From Castellaniella sp. (GTDB lineage: Bacteria > Pseudomonadota > Gammaproteobacteria > Burkholderiales > Burkholderiaceae_B): a stretch of 64,000 bases of DNA. The position numbers were made by a program, and so were the translations under genes. The stretch lies in the NCBI RefSeq assembly GCF_034674885.1, contig NZ_JAUCDS010000013.1, forward strand, positions 15,334 to 79,333. Direction: 5' to 3'. Below are positions 19,886-30,522 of this stretch, one piece after another (position 1 is the stretch's first letter; each line of letters begins with the position of its first letter). The notes under the pieces were generated by a model, which worked only from the letters and a program-made list of their open reading frames with translations, was not told the origin of the DNA and ran no database searches.

Positions 19886-20616
19886 CTCTTTTGGACGACA
19901 TGACACAGAACGCTCCCCTGGCGGCGCCGGCACCCGCCGGTTCGATTGCCGGCGCCACCCGTGCGGCCTACCGGGCCGTGATCTTCGACTGGGACGGCAC
20001 GCTGCTGGATTCCACGCACCACATCGTCGGCGCCCTGATCGGCGCCTGTCGCGACCTGGGCCTGCGCGAACCCACCCGGGAACAGGCCGGCTGGGTCATC
20101 GGGCTATCCCTGCAGTCGGCCCTGTATCAGCTGGTCCCAGAGCTGCGGGCTGACCAGGCCGATGCCTTTGCCGAACGCTACAAGGCTCATTTCATGCATC
20201 TGCTGGACGACATGCACCTGTTCGACGGGCAGGCCCAGCTGTTGCGCGACCTGCACGCCCAGGGCGTGGTGCTGGCAGTCGCCACCGGCAAAAGCCGCCG
20301 AGGGCTGGATACGTCCATCGACCGCCTGGGCCTGCAGGGCCTGTTCCAGGCTACCCGTACCGTGGACGAGGCCCGGGGCAAACCCGATCCCGACATGCTG
20401 GAACAGCTGCTGGCCGAACTGGATCTGAGTCCCGGATCCGCACTGATGGTCGGCGACACCACGCACGACGTCCTCATGGCCAAGGCCGCCGGTATCGACA
20501 GTCTGGCCGTGTCCTACGGTGCGCACCGGGCGTCCTTGCTGGAATCCGCCCAGCCGACGGCGCTGGTCGGCACGGTGCCCGGCATGCAGGCCTGGATCCG
20601 GGCGCGGGTGGCCTGA
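19882..20616 (+). CDS. HAD-superfamily hydrolase (phosphoglycolate phosphatase-like)
   Basis: FDWDGTL, VATGKS, KPDP, MVGDTTHD. Confidence 0.88.
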   Translation: MTLLDDMTQNAPLAAPAPAGSIAGATRAAYRAVIFDWDGTLLDSTHHIVGALIGACRDLGLREPTREQAGWVIGLSLQSALYQLVPELRADQADAFAERYKAHFMHLLDDMHLFDGQAQLLRDLHAQGVVLAVATGKSRRGLDTSIDRLGLQGLFQATRTVDEARGKPDPDMLEQLLAELDLSPGSALMVGDTTHDVLMAKAAGIDSLAVSYGAHRASLLESAQPTALVGTVPGMQAWIRARVA

Positions 20617-21324
20617 TCAGCTGGCCAGAAACAGGAACAGCGTCGGTTTCTTGTCGAAATCCGGCGCCCCCGTCTTGCGCCACTGGGCGACTGTCCGGGT
20701 CAGGATGGATTCGTCCGCGCAGGTCAGCGAACTGGCCACGCACACGCGTGTCGTGTCCCGCAGCGTTTGCAGCAGCGCATCGAACATCGCCTTGTTGCGA
20801 TAGGGCGTTTCAATCAGGATTTGCGTCTGCTGTTGTTTGTGCGACACGGATTCCCAGGCCCGCAACTGCGCGTCGCGTTCATGCGCCTTGACCGGCGCGT
20901 AGCCATGAAAGGCGAAACGCTGCCCTTGCAGGCCGCTGGCCATCAGCCCCAGCATGATCGACGACGGCCCTGTCCAGGGCAGTACCCGCAGGCCGCGCGC
21001 ATGCGCCTGGGCCACCACCAGCGCCCCGGGGTCCGCCACCGCCGGGCAGCCCGCTTCGGACACCAGACCCAGATCCTGGTCGGCGGGTACGGCATCCAGC
21101 CAGCTGCGGATGTCCTGCGGCGTGCTGTCGGCCTTCAGGGTGTGGATCGTGATGTCCTGCAGCGGGACCTGGGTGCCGATCAGTTTCAGGAATGCCCGCG
21201 CGGACTTGGCGTTCTCGGCGACGAAGTAGCGCAGCTGCGTAGTGATCTCTCGGGCGGCCTGGGGCAGCCAGCGATCCGGGGCGGATTCGCCCAATCCGAC
21301 GGGAATGAGATGCAGGATGGTCAT
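20617..21324 (-). CDS. SAM-dependent methyltransferase, tetrapyrrole methylase/RsmI-like family
   Basis: LVSEAGCPAVADPG, GPSSI, FHGY, IETPYRN; ATG 21324. Confidence 0.85.
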   Translation of the reverse strand: MTILHLIPVGLGESAPDRWLPQAAREITTQLRYFVAENAKSARAFLKLIGTQVPLQDITIHTLKADSTPQDIRSWLDAVPADQDLGLVSEAGCPAVADPGALVVAQAHARGLRVLPWTGPSSIMLGLMASGLQGQRFAFHGYAPVKAHERDAQLRAWESVSHKQQQTQILIETPYRNKAMFDALLQTLRDTTRVCVASSLTCADESILTRTVAQWRKTGAPDFDKKPTLFLFLAS

Positions 21325-21329
21325 GGGAA

Positions 21330-21917
21330 TCAGGCGGATGGAGTGGGTTGCAAGGGATCCAGGCCGAAGGCCCGCAGCATGCGGCAAACTGCAATCAGGG
21401 GCAGGCCGATCAGGGCGGTGGGGTCGTCGCTGCGCATGCGGGCCATCAGGGCGATGCCCAGTGCCTCGGCCTTGGCGCTGCCCGCCGTATCATAGGGTTG
21501 TTCGGTGCGCAGGTAATGTTCGATCTGGGCGTCGTTCAGGGGCAGGAATTCGCAGTGGGTCGTGATTTCGTCCTGCAGGTGCGATTGGCCGTCGGTGACA
21601 CAGACCGCCGTGTGGAACAGGACCTCGCGGCCGCTGAAATGCCGCAGCTGCGCGCGGGCGGCCTCGTGGGTGCCCGGTTTGCCGATGGCCCGCCCTTCGC
21701 AGGCGGCGACCTGGTCAGAGCCGATCACCAGGGCGCCGGGGTATTCGGCCAGGACCCGGTCGGCCTTTCCCCGTGCCAGCCGCCAGGCCAGGTCGCGGGG
21801 GGATTCGCCCGGCAGCGGGCGTTCGTCGATGTCGGGCGAGTGGCATTGGAAGGACAACTGCAGCCGCTGCAGCAATTCGCGCCGGTAGATGGAACTGGAG
21901 GCCAGAATAAGGGTCAT
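21330..21917 (-). CDS. maf: Maf-family nucleotide pyrophosphatase (YceF-like)
   Basis: LILASSSIYRRELL, IGSDQ, IGKP, AGS, LIGLPL. Confidence 0.9.
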   Translation of the reverse strand: MTLILASSSIYRRELLQRLQLSFQCHSPDIDERPLPGESPRDLAWRLARGKADRVLAEYPGALVIGSDQVAACEGRAIGKPGTHEAARAQLRHFSGREVLFHTAVCVTDGQSHLQDEITTHCEFLPLNDAQIEHYLRTEQPYDTAGSAKAEALGIALMARMRSDDPTALIGLPLIAVCRMLRAFGLDPLQPTPSA

Positions 21918-21983
21918 GAACGAAGCCGTGCAGTGGGAACCGGCAGTGTACTGCGCCCGGCAGGGGTGGGCCGATACGTCAAA

Positions 21984-22012
21984 TTGATTAAATTGCCGTT
22001 GCCAAGTAAAAT
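21984..22012 (+). promoter_or_regulatory. sigma70 promoter for the yceD-rpmF-fab region
   Basis: TTGATT-N17-TAAAAT, 27 bp upstream of the yceD ATG. Confidence 0.65.
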
Positions 22013-22039
22013 CTAGAGTTTTCCTGGAAGTCAGAATTC

Positions 22040-22546
22040 ATGGTCGTTGATGCCTTGGAGTTCTCGCAGGCAGGCCGGGTGCTGGAAGGCAGCCGGAAAG
22101 CCTTTGAGTTCGCGCGTCTTTGCCAGGGTCTTCCGGTGCCTCAGGATGCTGAAATTGCCTGGCGCGTGGCTGGCCGGCAGGATGCCGGCACGGGCCGGAT
22201 GTGGCTGGATATCCATGCCCAAGGGTCGGTGACGCTGATTTGTCAGCGGTGCCTGGGGCCTTTGGTGCTGTCCGTGCAGGTGGACAATACGGTTGGGCTG
22301 GTGAAAAACCAGGCCCAGCTGGATGCCCTGGACGCAATGGAATCCGCCGGAGAAGGCACCGACGTCGAATATCTGATCGCCGATCGGCAGCTGGATGTCC
22401 TGGCGCTGATCGAAGACGAATTGATTCTGGCTTTGCCTTACGCCCCCCGGCACGATGTCTGCCCCGGGGCTGCGGATGAATCGGAACACCAGGATGTGAC
22501 CAAACCTTCGCCCTTTGCCGTTCTCGAACAGCTCAGGAAACACTGA
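22040..22546 (+). CDS. yceD: YceD/DUF177-family protein
   Basis: CQRCL, LIEDELILALP, SPFAVL; conserved position before rpmF. Confidence 0.9.
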   Translation: MVVDALEFSQAGRVLEGSRKAFEFARLCQGLPVPQDAEIAWRVAGRQDAGTGRMWLDIHAQGSVTLICQRCLGPLVLSVQVDNTVGLVKNQAQLDALDAMESAGEGTDVEYLIADRQLDVLALIEDELILALPYAPRHDVCPGAADESEHQDVTKPSPFAVLEQLRKH

Positions 22547-22611
22547 ATCATCATTTAACACGCGGGTTCGCGCTTACCTTAAAATAGGCGGCCCCGAACA
22601 CAGGAGTCATC

Positions 22612-22794
22612 ATGGCTGTCCAGCAGAACAAAAAGAGCCCGTCCAAGCGCGGCATGCATCGCTCGCACGATTTCCTGACGGCTCCGGCCACGGCCATCGA
22701 GCCCACCACCGGCGAACAGCACCTGCGCCATCACATCAGCCCCAACGGCGTGTATCGCGGCCGCAAGGTCCTGAAGACCAAGAACGACGAGTAA
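22612..22794 (+). CDS. rpmF: 50S ribosomal protein L32
   Basis: [20 protein letters not shown]...[17 protein letters not shown] (zinc-free type). Confidence 0.97.
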   Translation: MAVQQNKKSPSKRGMHRSHDFLTAPATAIEPTTGEQHLRHHISPNGVYRGRKVLKTKNDE

Positions 22795-22822
22795 TCCGGC
22801 GCCTCGGTTTTCATCGCGCTCA

Positions 22823-23881
22823 ATGCCCGATCACACTCTTACCGTCGCCATCGATTGCATGGGCGGCGATCACGGCCTGCCCGTCACGGTGCCGGCGGCG
22901 GTGGCGTTTGCCCAGGCGCATCCCGATACCCGCTGCCTGCTGGTGGGGGACGAATCCCAGATTCGTTCCATGCTGGCGCAGCACGTGGTGACCGCCGGCC
23001 AGTTCGACGTCCTGCACGCTTCCGAAGTCGTCACCATGCACGACTCGGTCGAGGTCGCCCTGCGCCGCAAGAAGGACTCGTCCATGCGGGTGGCGGCCCA
23101 GGCCGTCAAGGACGGCCGCGCCGATGCCGCTGTCTCGGCCGGCAACACCGGCGCCTGGATGGCCATTTCCCGCTATGTCCTGAAGACGCTGGACGGGATT
23201 GACCGGCCCGCCATCGCCACTGCCTTGCCCAACCAGAAAGGCGGGGCCACCACGGTGCTGGACCTGGGCGCCAACGTCGATTGCTCTGCCGAGCACCTGT
23301 TGCAGTTCGGCCTGATGGGCGCGGCCCTGGTGTCGGCGGTGGATCGCCAGGCCCAGCCTTCGGTCGGCCTGTTGAACATCGGCGAGGAACTCATCAAGGG
23401 CAACGAGGTCGTCAAACAGGCAGCCGAGCTGCTGCGCGCCAGCGGGCTGAACTTCTACGGCAACGTGGAAGGCGACGATATTTTCAAAGGCACGGTCGAC
23501 GTGGTCGTCTGCGATGGCTTCGTCGGCAATGTCGTCCTGAAATCGGTCGAAGGCCTGGCGCGGATGATCGGCACCATGATGCGCGAGGAATTCCGCCGTT
23601 CGCCCTTCACCATGACGGCCGGCCTGGTGGCCACGCCCGTGTTGCGCCGCTTCCGCGATCGGGTGGACAATCGCCGCTACAATGGCGCAGCGCTGCTGGG
23701 CTTGCGTGGCATCGTCATCAAAAGCCACGGCTCGGCCGATATCTATGCCTACGGGCAGGCGCTGCAGCGTGCCCGCGAGGCTGTCCTGAACGGCCTGCTC
23801 CAGGGCACCATCCAGCGCCTGGATGCCTTGCGCAGCCGCGTGCCTTCGCCCTCGCAGGGCGATGCCGCCCAGGCTGTCTAG
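22823..23881 (+). CDS. plsX: Phosphate acyltransferase PlsX
   Basis: [46 protein letters not shown]. Confidence 0.95.
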   Translation: MPDHTLTVAIDCMGGDHGLPVTVPAAVAFAQAHPDTRCLLVGDESQIRSMLAQHVVTAGQFDVLHASEVVTMHDSVEVALRRKKDSSMRVAAQAVKDGRADAAVSAGNTGAWMAISRYVLKTLDGIDRPAIATALPNQKGGATTVLDLGANVDCSAEHLLQFGLMGAALVSAVDRQAQPSVGLLNIGEELIKGNEVVKQAAELLRASGLNFYGNVEGDDIFKGTVDVVVCDGFVGNVVLKSVEGLARMIGTMMREEFRRSPFTMTAGLVATPVLRRFRDRVDNRRYNGAALLGLRGIVIKSHGSADIYAYGQALQRAREAVLNGLLQGTIQRLDALRSRVPSPSQGDAAQAV

Positions 23882-23900
23882 TTTCTTTTTCGGAATCGAT

Positions 23901-24875
23901 ATGCCTTACGCCAGGATTACCGGAACGGGCGGCTATCTGCCCCCTCGTGTCGTCACCAACGATGATCTGGCTGCCGACCTGGCCACGCGCGGCGTGGAAA
24001 CGTCCGATGACTGGATCGTCGAACGCACCGGCATCCGCCAACGCCATATCGCCGATCCCGGCACCAAGACCAGCACCCTGGCCACGGCTGCGGCGCGCGC
24101 CGCGCTGGAAAACGCCGGCTTGCGGGCCGACGACCTGGATCTGATCATCGTCGCGACGTCCACGCCCGATTTCATCTTCCCCAGCACGGCCTGTGTGGTG
24201 CAGGCCAACCTGGGCGTCGGCGGCGCCGCTGCCTTCGACGTGCAGGCCGTGTGCAGCGGCTTCGTCTATGCCATGGCGACCGCCGATGCGATGATTCGCG
24301 CCGGCCGCGCCCGCCATGCCCTGGTGATCGGCGCCGAGGTCTTTTCCGGCATCCTCGACTGGAACGATCGGCGCACCTGCGTGCTGTTCGGCGACGGGGC
24401 AGGGGCCATGGTGCTCAGCGCCTCGGAAGAACCCGGCATCCTGGCGGCCAAACTCAATGCCGACGGGCGCCAGCAGCACATTTTGTGCGCTGCGGGCAGC
24501 GTGACCGGCGGCCAGGTCACTGGCGATCCGTTCCTGCGCATGGACGGTCAGGCCGTATTCAAGCTGGCCGTCAACTCGCTGACGCGCTCGGCGCACGAGG
24601 TCTGCGAAGAGGCCGGCATCGAACTGTCGGCGCTGGACTGGATGGTGCCGCACCAGGCCAACGTCCGCATCCTGAATTTCATCAGCCGCAAGCTCGGCCT
24701 GCCCGAGGACAAGGTGATCGTGACGCTGGACAAACACGCCAATACGTCGGCGGCCAGCGTCCCCCTGGCATTCGACGTGGCCTGGCGCGACGGACGCATC
24801 CGCCCGGGGCAACTGGCCCTGCTGCAGGGCGTCGGCGGCGGCTTTACCTGGGGTTCCGTCCTCGTCAGACTGTAA
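23901..24875 (+). CDS. fabH: 3-oxoacyl-ACP synthase III
   Basis: [40 protein letters not shown]. Confidence 0.95.
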   Translation: MPYARITGTGGYLPPRVVTNDDLAADLATRGVETSDDWIVERTGIRQRHIADPGTKTSTLATAAARAALENAGLRADDLDLIIVATSTPDFIFPSTACVVQANLGVGGAAAFDVQAVCSGFVYAMATADAMIRAGRARHALVIGAEVFSGILDWNDRRTCVLFGDGAGAMVLSASEEPGILAAKLNADGRQQHILCAAGSVTGGQVTGDPFLRMDGQAVFKLAVNSLTRSAHEVCEEAGIELSALDWMVPHQANVRILNFISRKLGLPEDKVIVTLDKHANTSAASVPLAFDVAWRDGRIRPGQLALLQGVGGGFTWGSVLVRL

Positions 24876-24886
24876 GGCTCACGCAC

Positions 24887-25819
24887 ATGAAGATCGCATT
24901 CGTATTTCCAGGCCAAGGTTCGCAGGCCGTGGGCATGATGGACGCCTGGGCGGATCACGCCGGCGTGCAGGCCGTTCTGCAGCAGGGCAATGATGCCCTG
25001 GGCGAAGACCTGACGGGCCTGATCGCCCAGGGGCCGGCCGAATCCCTGAATCTGACGACCAATACCCAACCCGCCATGCTGCTGTGTTCCGTCGCCATGT
25101 ATCGCGCCTGGCAGCAGGCCGGCGGCGCTGCGCCCGCCATCGTGGCCGGGCACAGCCTGGGGGAATACTCCGCGCTGGTGGCGGCCGAGGCGCTGGACCT
25201 GGGCGACGCCGTGCGTACCGTCCGGGTGCGTGCCCAGGCCATGCAGTCTGCGGTCCCCGTGGGCGAGGGCGGCATGGCCGCCATCCTGGGGCTGGATGAC
25301 GACGCCGTGCGCCAGGCCTGTCTTCAGGCATCCGGCGACCAGATCGTCGAGGCCGTGAACTACAACGCGCCAGCCCAGGTCGTGATCGCGGGCCATGCGG
25401 CTGCAGTCGAGCGGGCCTGCGAACTGGCCAAGGCGGCCGGCGCCAAGCGCGCCGTCACCCTGCCGGTGTCCGCGCCTTTTCACTCCCGCTTGCTCAAGCC
25501 TGCGGCGGATACGCTGGCACAGGCGCTGGCCGACATCGATCTGCGTGCGCCCGCCGTTCCCCTGATCAATAATGTGGATGTGGCCTCGCCGACAGAACCG
25601 GCTGCCATCCGCGACGCGCTGGTGCGTCAGGCCTGGCATCCGGTGCGCTGGGTGGAGACGATCCAGGCGATGAAGCGCGACGGCGTCACCCATCTGGTCG
25701 AGTGCGGTCCGGGCAAGGTCCTGACCGGCCTGGTCAAGCGCATCGACCGCGATCTGACAACCTTCAACATTACCGATCCGGCGTCGCTGCAACAGACGCT
25801 GGACGCCTTGAGAGGCTGA
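24887..25819 (+). CDS. fabD: Malonyl CoA-ACP transacylase
   Basis: FPGQGSQ, TQPA, GHSLGEY, LPVSAPFHS. Confidence 0.96.
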   Translation: MKIAFVFPGQGSQAVGMMDAWADHAGVQAVLQQGNDALGEDLTGLIAQGPAESLNLTTNTQPAMLLCSVAMYRAWQQAGGAAPAIVAGHSLGEYSALVAAEALDLGDAVRTVRVRAQAMQSAVPVGEGGMAAILGLDDDAVRQACLQASGDQIVEAVNYNAPAQVVIAGHAAAVERACELAKAAGAKRAVTLPVSAPFHSRLLKPAADTLAQALADIDLRAPAVPLINNVDVASPTEPAAIRDALVRQAWHPVRWVETIQAMKRDGVTHLVECGPGKVLTGLVKRIDRDLTTFNITDPASLQQTLDALRG

Positions 25820-25820
25820 T

Positions 25821-26561
25821 ATGGCAGAACCCATTCTGACGGGCAAGATCGCCCTGGTCACCGGCGCATCGCGCGGCATTGGCCGCGCTGTGGCCCTGGA
25901 ACTGGCCGCCGCCGGTGCAACAGTCGTGGGCACCGCGACCTCGCAGGCGGGCGCGGACGGCATCACCGAAGCCCTGGCTCCCCAGGGCGGGCGTGGCACG
26001 GTCCTGAATGTCGATGATGCTGCGAGCTGCGATGCGCTGCTGGCAGAACTGGCAGGGCAGGGCGGCCCCCACATCCTGGTCAACAATGCCGGCATCACCC
26101 GCGACGGGCTGATCCTGCGCATGAAGGACGAAGACTGGGCCGCCGTGCTGAACACCAACCTGTCGGCCGTGTTCCGGTTGTCGCGCGGTGTCGCCAAGAC
26201 CATGATGAAGGCCCGCTGGGGCCGCATCGTCAACATCACCTCGGTGGTGGGCTACAGCGGCAACCCGGGGCAGGCGAACTACGCGGCGGCCAAGGCCGGC
26301 GTGGCAGGCATGTCGCGCGCCCTGGCCCAGGAACTCGGCAGCCGCGGCATCACGGTCAATTGCGTGGCGCCCGGCTTTATCGATACGGACATGACACGCG
26401 CGCTCAACGACACGCAAACGGCAGCGATCCTGCAGCAGATTCCCCTGGGGCGTTTGGGCTCTGCGGCAGAAATCGCGCATGCAGTCGCCTACCTGGCCAG
26501 CCCCCAGGCGGGCTATGTAACAGGCACGACCTTGCACGTCAATGGTGGTATGTACATGTAG
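25821..26561 (+). CDS. fabG: 3-oxoacyl-ACP reductase
   Basis: TGASRGIG, NNAGITRD, YAAAK, PGFIDTDMT, VNGG. Confidence 0.96.
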   Translation: MAEPILTGKIALVTGASRGIGRAVALELAAAGATVVGTATSQAGADGITEALAPQGGRGTVLNVDDAASCDALLAELAGQGGPHILVNNAGITRDGLILRMKDEDWAAVLNTNLSAVFRLSRGVAKTMMKARWGRIVNITSVVGYSGNPGQANYAAAKAGVAGMSRALAQELGSRGITVNCVAPGFIDTDMTRALNDTQTAAILQQIPLGRLGSAAEIAHAVAYLASPQAGYVTGTTLHVNGGMYM

Positions 26562-26747
26562 GGTAAAGAGAACGGACGACACCCGTCTAAGGTAAAATCC
26601 GTTCAAACTCAGTAGGCAGATCTCGGTGCTTCAATCGTCCAGCGTATAGTCGTCTGGTCCCGAGCTGCTTTTTTTTGACTAAGACCCGCAGCCCAGCTGT
26701 CCTCGTTTGGCTATAATTCGCGGGATTTTTCCTAACTGGAGATATGC

Positions 26748-26987
26748 ATGGAAAGCATCGAACAGCGCGTCAAGAAGATCGTCGCTGAGCAACTTGGCGT
26801 CAACGAAGCCGAGATCAAAAACGAATCTTCCTTCCTTGACGACCTCGGTGCCGATTCGCTCGATATGGTCGAGCTCGTGATGGCGCTCGAAGACGAATTC
26901 GAAACGGAAATCCCCGACGAGGAAGCCGAGAAAATCACGACGGTGCAGCAGGCGGTCGATTACATCACCTCGCATAGCAAACAGTAA
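26748..26987 (+). CDS. acpP: Acyl carrier protein
   Basis: LGADSLD phosphopantetheine site; TATAAT at 26712-26717 upstream. Confidence 0.97.
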   Translation: MESIEQRVKKIVAEQLGVNEAEIKNESSFLDDLGADSLDMVELVMALEDEFETEIPDEEAEKITTVQQAVDYITSHSKQ

Positions 26988-27033
26988 TCTCATTTCGACC
27001 CGACGCAGGCGTAGTCCGCCGCGTCCGGGCCAT

Positions 27034-27115
27034 GGCAGTTCGTGACGGGTGATCATCGGGCAGGCAGGTCTGCGTGTCCGACCTGATGATCTGCCATGAA
27101 CTGCCTTTTTCTTTT
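27034..27115 (+). terminator. Long hairpin plus U-tract between acpP and fabF
   Basis: GGCAGTTCGTG pairs with CATGAACTGCC, inner GATCATCGGG/CCTGATGATC, followed by TTTTTCTTTT directly before the fabF RBS. Confidence 0.65.
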
Positions 27116-27127
27116 CAGGAGCCGTAT

Positions 27128-28357
27128 GTGAAACGACGAGTCGTCATAACCGGATTGGGCATCGTGTCGCCTGTGGGAAATGATGTCGATACCGCCTGGG
27201 ACAACCTCATCCATGGCCGCTCCGGGATCGGGCGGGTGACGCGATTCGACGCCTCGGTGCTCAACAGCCAGATTGCGGGCGAAGTCAAAGGCTTTCAGGT
27301 CACCGACTACATGAGCGCCAAGGAAGCCAAACAGATGGATACCTTCATCCATTATGGCGTGGCGGCCGGCATACAGGCCTGGCGCGATTCCGGCCTGGAA
27401 ATCACGGGTGAAAACGCAGACCGCATCGGCACCATCATCGGTTCGGGCATCGGCGGCCTGCCGCGCATCGAGGAAATGCAGACCGAATACCTGCAGCGCG
27501 GCGCTCGACGGATCTCGCCGTTCTTCGTACCGGCTTCCCTGATCAATCTGATTTCGGGCCAGTTGTCCATCATGCTGGGCCTCAAGGGCCCCAGCTATGC
27601 GGTGGTCTCGGCCTGCACCACTGGCCTGCACTCCATCGGCGACGCAGCCCGCCTGATCGAATACGGCGATGCCGACGTGATGGTCGCGGGCGGCGCCGAA
27701 AGCTCCGTCTCCCCGCTGGGCATGGGGGGGTTTGCCGCCATGCGCGCCTTGTCCACGCGCAACGACGATCCCGCCACGGCTTCGCGCCCCTGGGACCGCG
27801 ACCGCGACGGCTTCGTCCTGGGCGAAGGCGCCGGGGTGCTGGTGCTGGAAGAATACGAACACGCCAAACGTCGCGGCGCTCGCATCTATGGCGAGTTCCT
27901 GGGTTTCGGCATGAGTTCCGACGCACATCACATCACCAGCCCCGACCAGGACGGTCCGCGCCGGGGCATTCTGCACGCCTTGCGCAACAGCGGCGTGAAC
28001 GCGGACGAGATCAGCTACGTCAATGCGCACGGCACATCCACCCCGCTGGGTGACAAAAACGAAACCGAGGCCCTGAAGCTGGCGTTCGGGGATCATGCTC
28101 GCAAACTGGTCGTCAATTCCACCAAGTCCATGACGGGCCACTTGCTGGGGGCCGCCGGCGGGATCGAAGCCGTCTTCACGACGTTGGCGGTGTATCGCCA
28201 GATCTCGCCCCCGACCATCAATCTGTTCAACCAGGACCCGGAATGCGACCTGGATTACTGTGCCAACCAGGCTCGCGATCTGAAGATCGACGTCGCCTTG
28301 TCCAATTCCTTCGGGTTTGGCGGCACCAACGGCTCCATGATCGTGAGGCGGTTCTGA
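27128..28357 (+). CDS. fabF: 3-oxoacyl-ACP synthase II
   Basis: VVITGLG, SACTTG, AGGAE, NAHGTST, TKSMTGHLLGAAG, SNSFGFGG; GTG start after AGGAG. Confidence 0.96.
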   Translation: MKRRVVITGLGIVSPVGNDVDTAWDNLIHGRSGIGRVTRFDASVLNSQIAGEVKGFQVTDYMSAKEAKQMDTFIHYGVAAGIQAWRDSGLEITGENADRIGTIIGSGIGGLPRIEEMQTEYLQRGARRISPFFVPASLINLISGQLSIMLGLKGPSYAVVSACTTGLHSIGDAARLIEYGDADVMVAGGAESSVSPLGMGGFAAMRALSTRNDDPATASRPWDRDRDGFVLGEGAGVLVLEEYEHAKRRGARIYGEFLGFGMSSDAHHITSPDQDGPRRGILHALRNSGVNADEISYVNAHGTSTPLGDKNETEALKLAFGDHARKLVVNSTKSMTGHLLGAAGGIEAVFTTLAVYRQISPPTINLFNQDPECDLDYCANQARDLKIDVALSNSFGFGGTNGSMIVRRF

Positions 28358-28376
28358 CCTTCGTCGGAGACTCCGC

Positions 28377-28976
28377 ATGAGCGAGCGCGAGGTCGACCTC
28401 GCGCTGGTCGAACGCGTGCGGCGCGGCGAACGGCACGCCTTCGACCTGCTGGTGATCAAATACCAGCGCAAGATCATGCGCCTGCTGTCGCGCATGATCC
28501 ACGATCCCGCCGACGTCGAGGACGTCGCCCAGGAAGCCTTCATCAAGGCCTATCGCGCCTTGCCGCAGTTCCGGGGCGACAGCGCCTTCTATACCTGGTT
28601 GTATCGCATCGCCATCAATACGGCCCGCAACTGGCAGGCGGCCAATTTTCGACGGCCGACCACGGTTTCCGTACTGGAAAACGATGACGGTGAAACTTTT
28701 GACCAGATCGATGGCCTAAGTGATCAGAGCACGCCCGAATCGATGATGGCCAGTCGCCAGATCGCCCAGACCGTCAACGAAGCGATCGAGGCTCTGCCCG
28801 AAGACTTGCGGACGGCAATCGTGTTGCGAGAGATCGAGGGGATGAGTTATGAAGATATTGCCAGCACCATGCAGTGTCCGATCGGGACGGTCCGATCCCG
28901 GATCTTCCGGGCGCGGGAAGCCATTGCCAGCCGCTTGCGGCCGGTCATGGAACAAGACCCGGCACGCCGCTGGTAA
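28377..28976 (+). CDS. rpoE: ECF sigma factor RpoE (sigma-24)
   Basis: AFDLLVIKYQ, DVAQEAFIKAYRAL, FYTWLYRIA, GTVRSRIFRAR. Confidence 0.95.
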   Translation: MSEREVDLALVERVRRGERHAFDLLVIKYQRKIMRLLSRMIHDPADVEDVAQEAFIKAYRALPQFRGDSAFYTWLYRIAINTARNWQAANFRRPTTVSVLENDDGETFDQIDGLSDQSTPESMMASRQIAQTVNEAIEALPEDLRTAIVLREIEGMSYEDIASTMQCPIGTVRSRIFRAREAIASRLRPVMEQDPARRW

Positions 28977-28985
28977 GGAGCCCTC

Positions 28986-29492
28986 ATGAATATCAAGCAT
29001 GAACCGTCCGTCGTGGACCATGATTGGGAAGCGTCGGTTTCGTCCTGGGTGGATGGCGAAGCCGATCTGCGGGCCGAAGAACTCGACAGCCCCTATGGCC
29101 GACAGGTCTGGGATACTTATCACCTGATCGGCGACGTCATGCGCAGCCAGGATCTGGCCATTCAGCCGTCCGAACGCTTCTATGCGCGGGTGTCGGCCGC
29201 CGTGGCCGCCGAGCCGGCCATCGTCGCGCCGGCGCCGCTGGCACGCCATCGTGCCTGGCGTTTCGGACTGTCCAGCCTGGCGGTGGCGGCAGCGGTGGCG
29301 TCGGTGGTCTGGATGGCCAAACCTTTTCTGTCCGGGCCGGATGCGGCGCCGGCCAGCACGCCGGTCCTGGCCCAGGCCGCCGAACCTGAAACCAACGACC
29401 CCAGCCTGGCCGATTACATGGCGGCGCACCAGGACATGGCCGGCGCAGGCCCGGTGCGCCAGGTTTCCTATGACGGCATGGGGTCCCACTGA
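28986..29492 (+). CDS. rseA: Anti-sigma factor RseA
   Basis: VSSWVDGE, WDTYHLIGDVMR, single TM segment; follows rpoE. Confidence 0.9.
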   Translation: MNIKHEPSVVDHDWEASVSSWVDGEADLRAEELDSPYGRQVWDTYHLIGDVMRSQDLAIQPSERFYARVSAAVAAEPAIVAPAPLARHRAWRFGLSSLAVAAAVASVVWMAKPFLSGPDAAPASTPVLAQAAEPETNDPSLADYMAAHQDMAGAGPVRQVSYDGMGSH

Positions 29493-30499
29493 TGGTGACG
29501 TGGCAGGGTAGTTCCGCCCGATGGGCCTGCGGCCTGCTGGCGGGGCTGGTGCTGTGTGCAGGTGCCCAGGCGGCTCCTTCTGCTCCAAAGCCCGGCAGCG
29601 ATGCCCTGGCGTTTTTACAGCAGGTTCAGCAGGCTGCCCGGGCGCTGGATTACTCCGGTATCTACGTCTATCAGCAGGGGCACATCCTGCAGGCATCCCG
29701 GCTGGTGCATCTGGTCGACGGCACGGGCGAGCGAGAGCGCCTGGAAGTGCTGGACGGCGCCCCGCGCGAATGCCTGCGCCAGAACGGCGTCGAACAGTGC
29801 CTGCGACCGGATCACAAGCTCGTGATCGTCCAGCCCGCGCGCAGCGACCACTTCCCGGGCCTGTTGCTGGGCAATGCCCAGGCCATCGCCACGCATTATG
29901 ACTGGCGCGCCTCGTCCCGCATCTACCGGATCGCGGGGCGGGAATGCGCGATGTCCGAGCTCAAGGCGCGCGACCATCTGCGCTACAGCTACCGCATCTG
30001 CACCGATGCCAAGACGCACCTGTTGCTGAAATCCCAGACGCTGGATCCTGCGGGCCACCTGGTGGATCAGGTGGCGTTCAGCAGCATCCGCATGGGCTCC
30101 GATGTGCAGCCGGCGGCCCTGAGCTCTCATTGGGACACCCGCGACTGGCAGCTGGTGACGGAATCCAGCGCGCCCACGGACCTGCAGGCCCAGGGCTGGC
30201 GTTTCACGCTGCCGCCCGGTTTCCAGCCTGTGGCCGAATTATCGCGTCAGATCGGGCCGGATCACGCCGTGAACCAGCTGGTGGTTTCCGACGGTCTGGC
30301 CGCCATTTCGGTTTTCATTGAAACCTTTGACCCGAAACGTGATCAAAACATCAGACAGGGAGACCTGCGGCAAGGAGCAGTCAATATCTATCGGATGCGT
30401 CTGGCGTCCTTTTGGTTGACTGCCGTTGGCGAAGCACCCGCCCAGACGGTTCGTGATCTGGCCCGTGCCGTGCAATACGTGCCGCAAGCTGCCCGCTAA
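29492..30499 (+). CDS. rseB: RseB/MucB periplasmic regulator
   Basis: Signal peptide, LDYSGIYVYQ, ERLEVLDG, SDGLAAISVFIE. Confidence 0.9.
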   Translation: MVTWQGSSARWACGLLAGLVLCAGAQAAPSAPKPGSDALAFLQQVQQAARALDYSGIYVYQQGHILQASRLVHLVDGTGERERLEVLDGAPRECLRQNGVEQCLRPDHKLVIVQPARSDHFPGLLLGNAQAIATHYDWRASSRIYRIAGRECAMSELKARDHLRYSYRICTDAKTHLLLKSQTLDPAGHLVDQVAFSSIRMGSDVQPAALSSHWDTRDWQLVTESSAPTDLQAQGWRFTLPPGFQPVAELSRQIGPDHAVNQLVVSDGLAAISVFIETFDPKRDQNIRQGDLRQGAVNIYRMRLASFWLTAVGEAPAQTVRDLARAVQYVPQAAR

Positions 30500-30522
30500 C
30501 TCATTCTTCCAAGGAGAACTCC

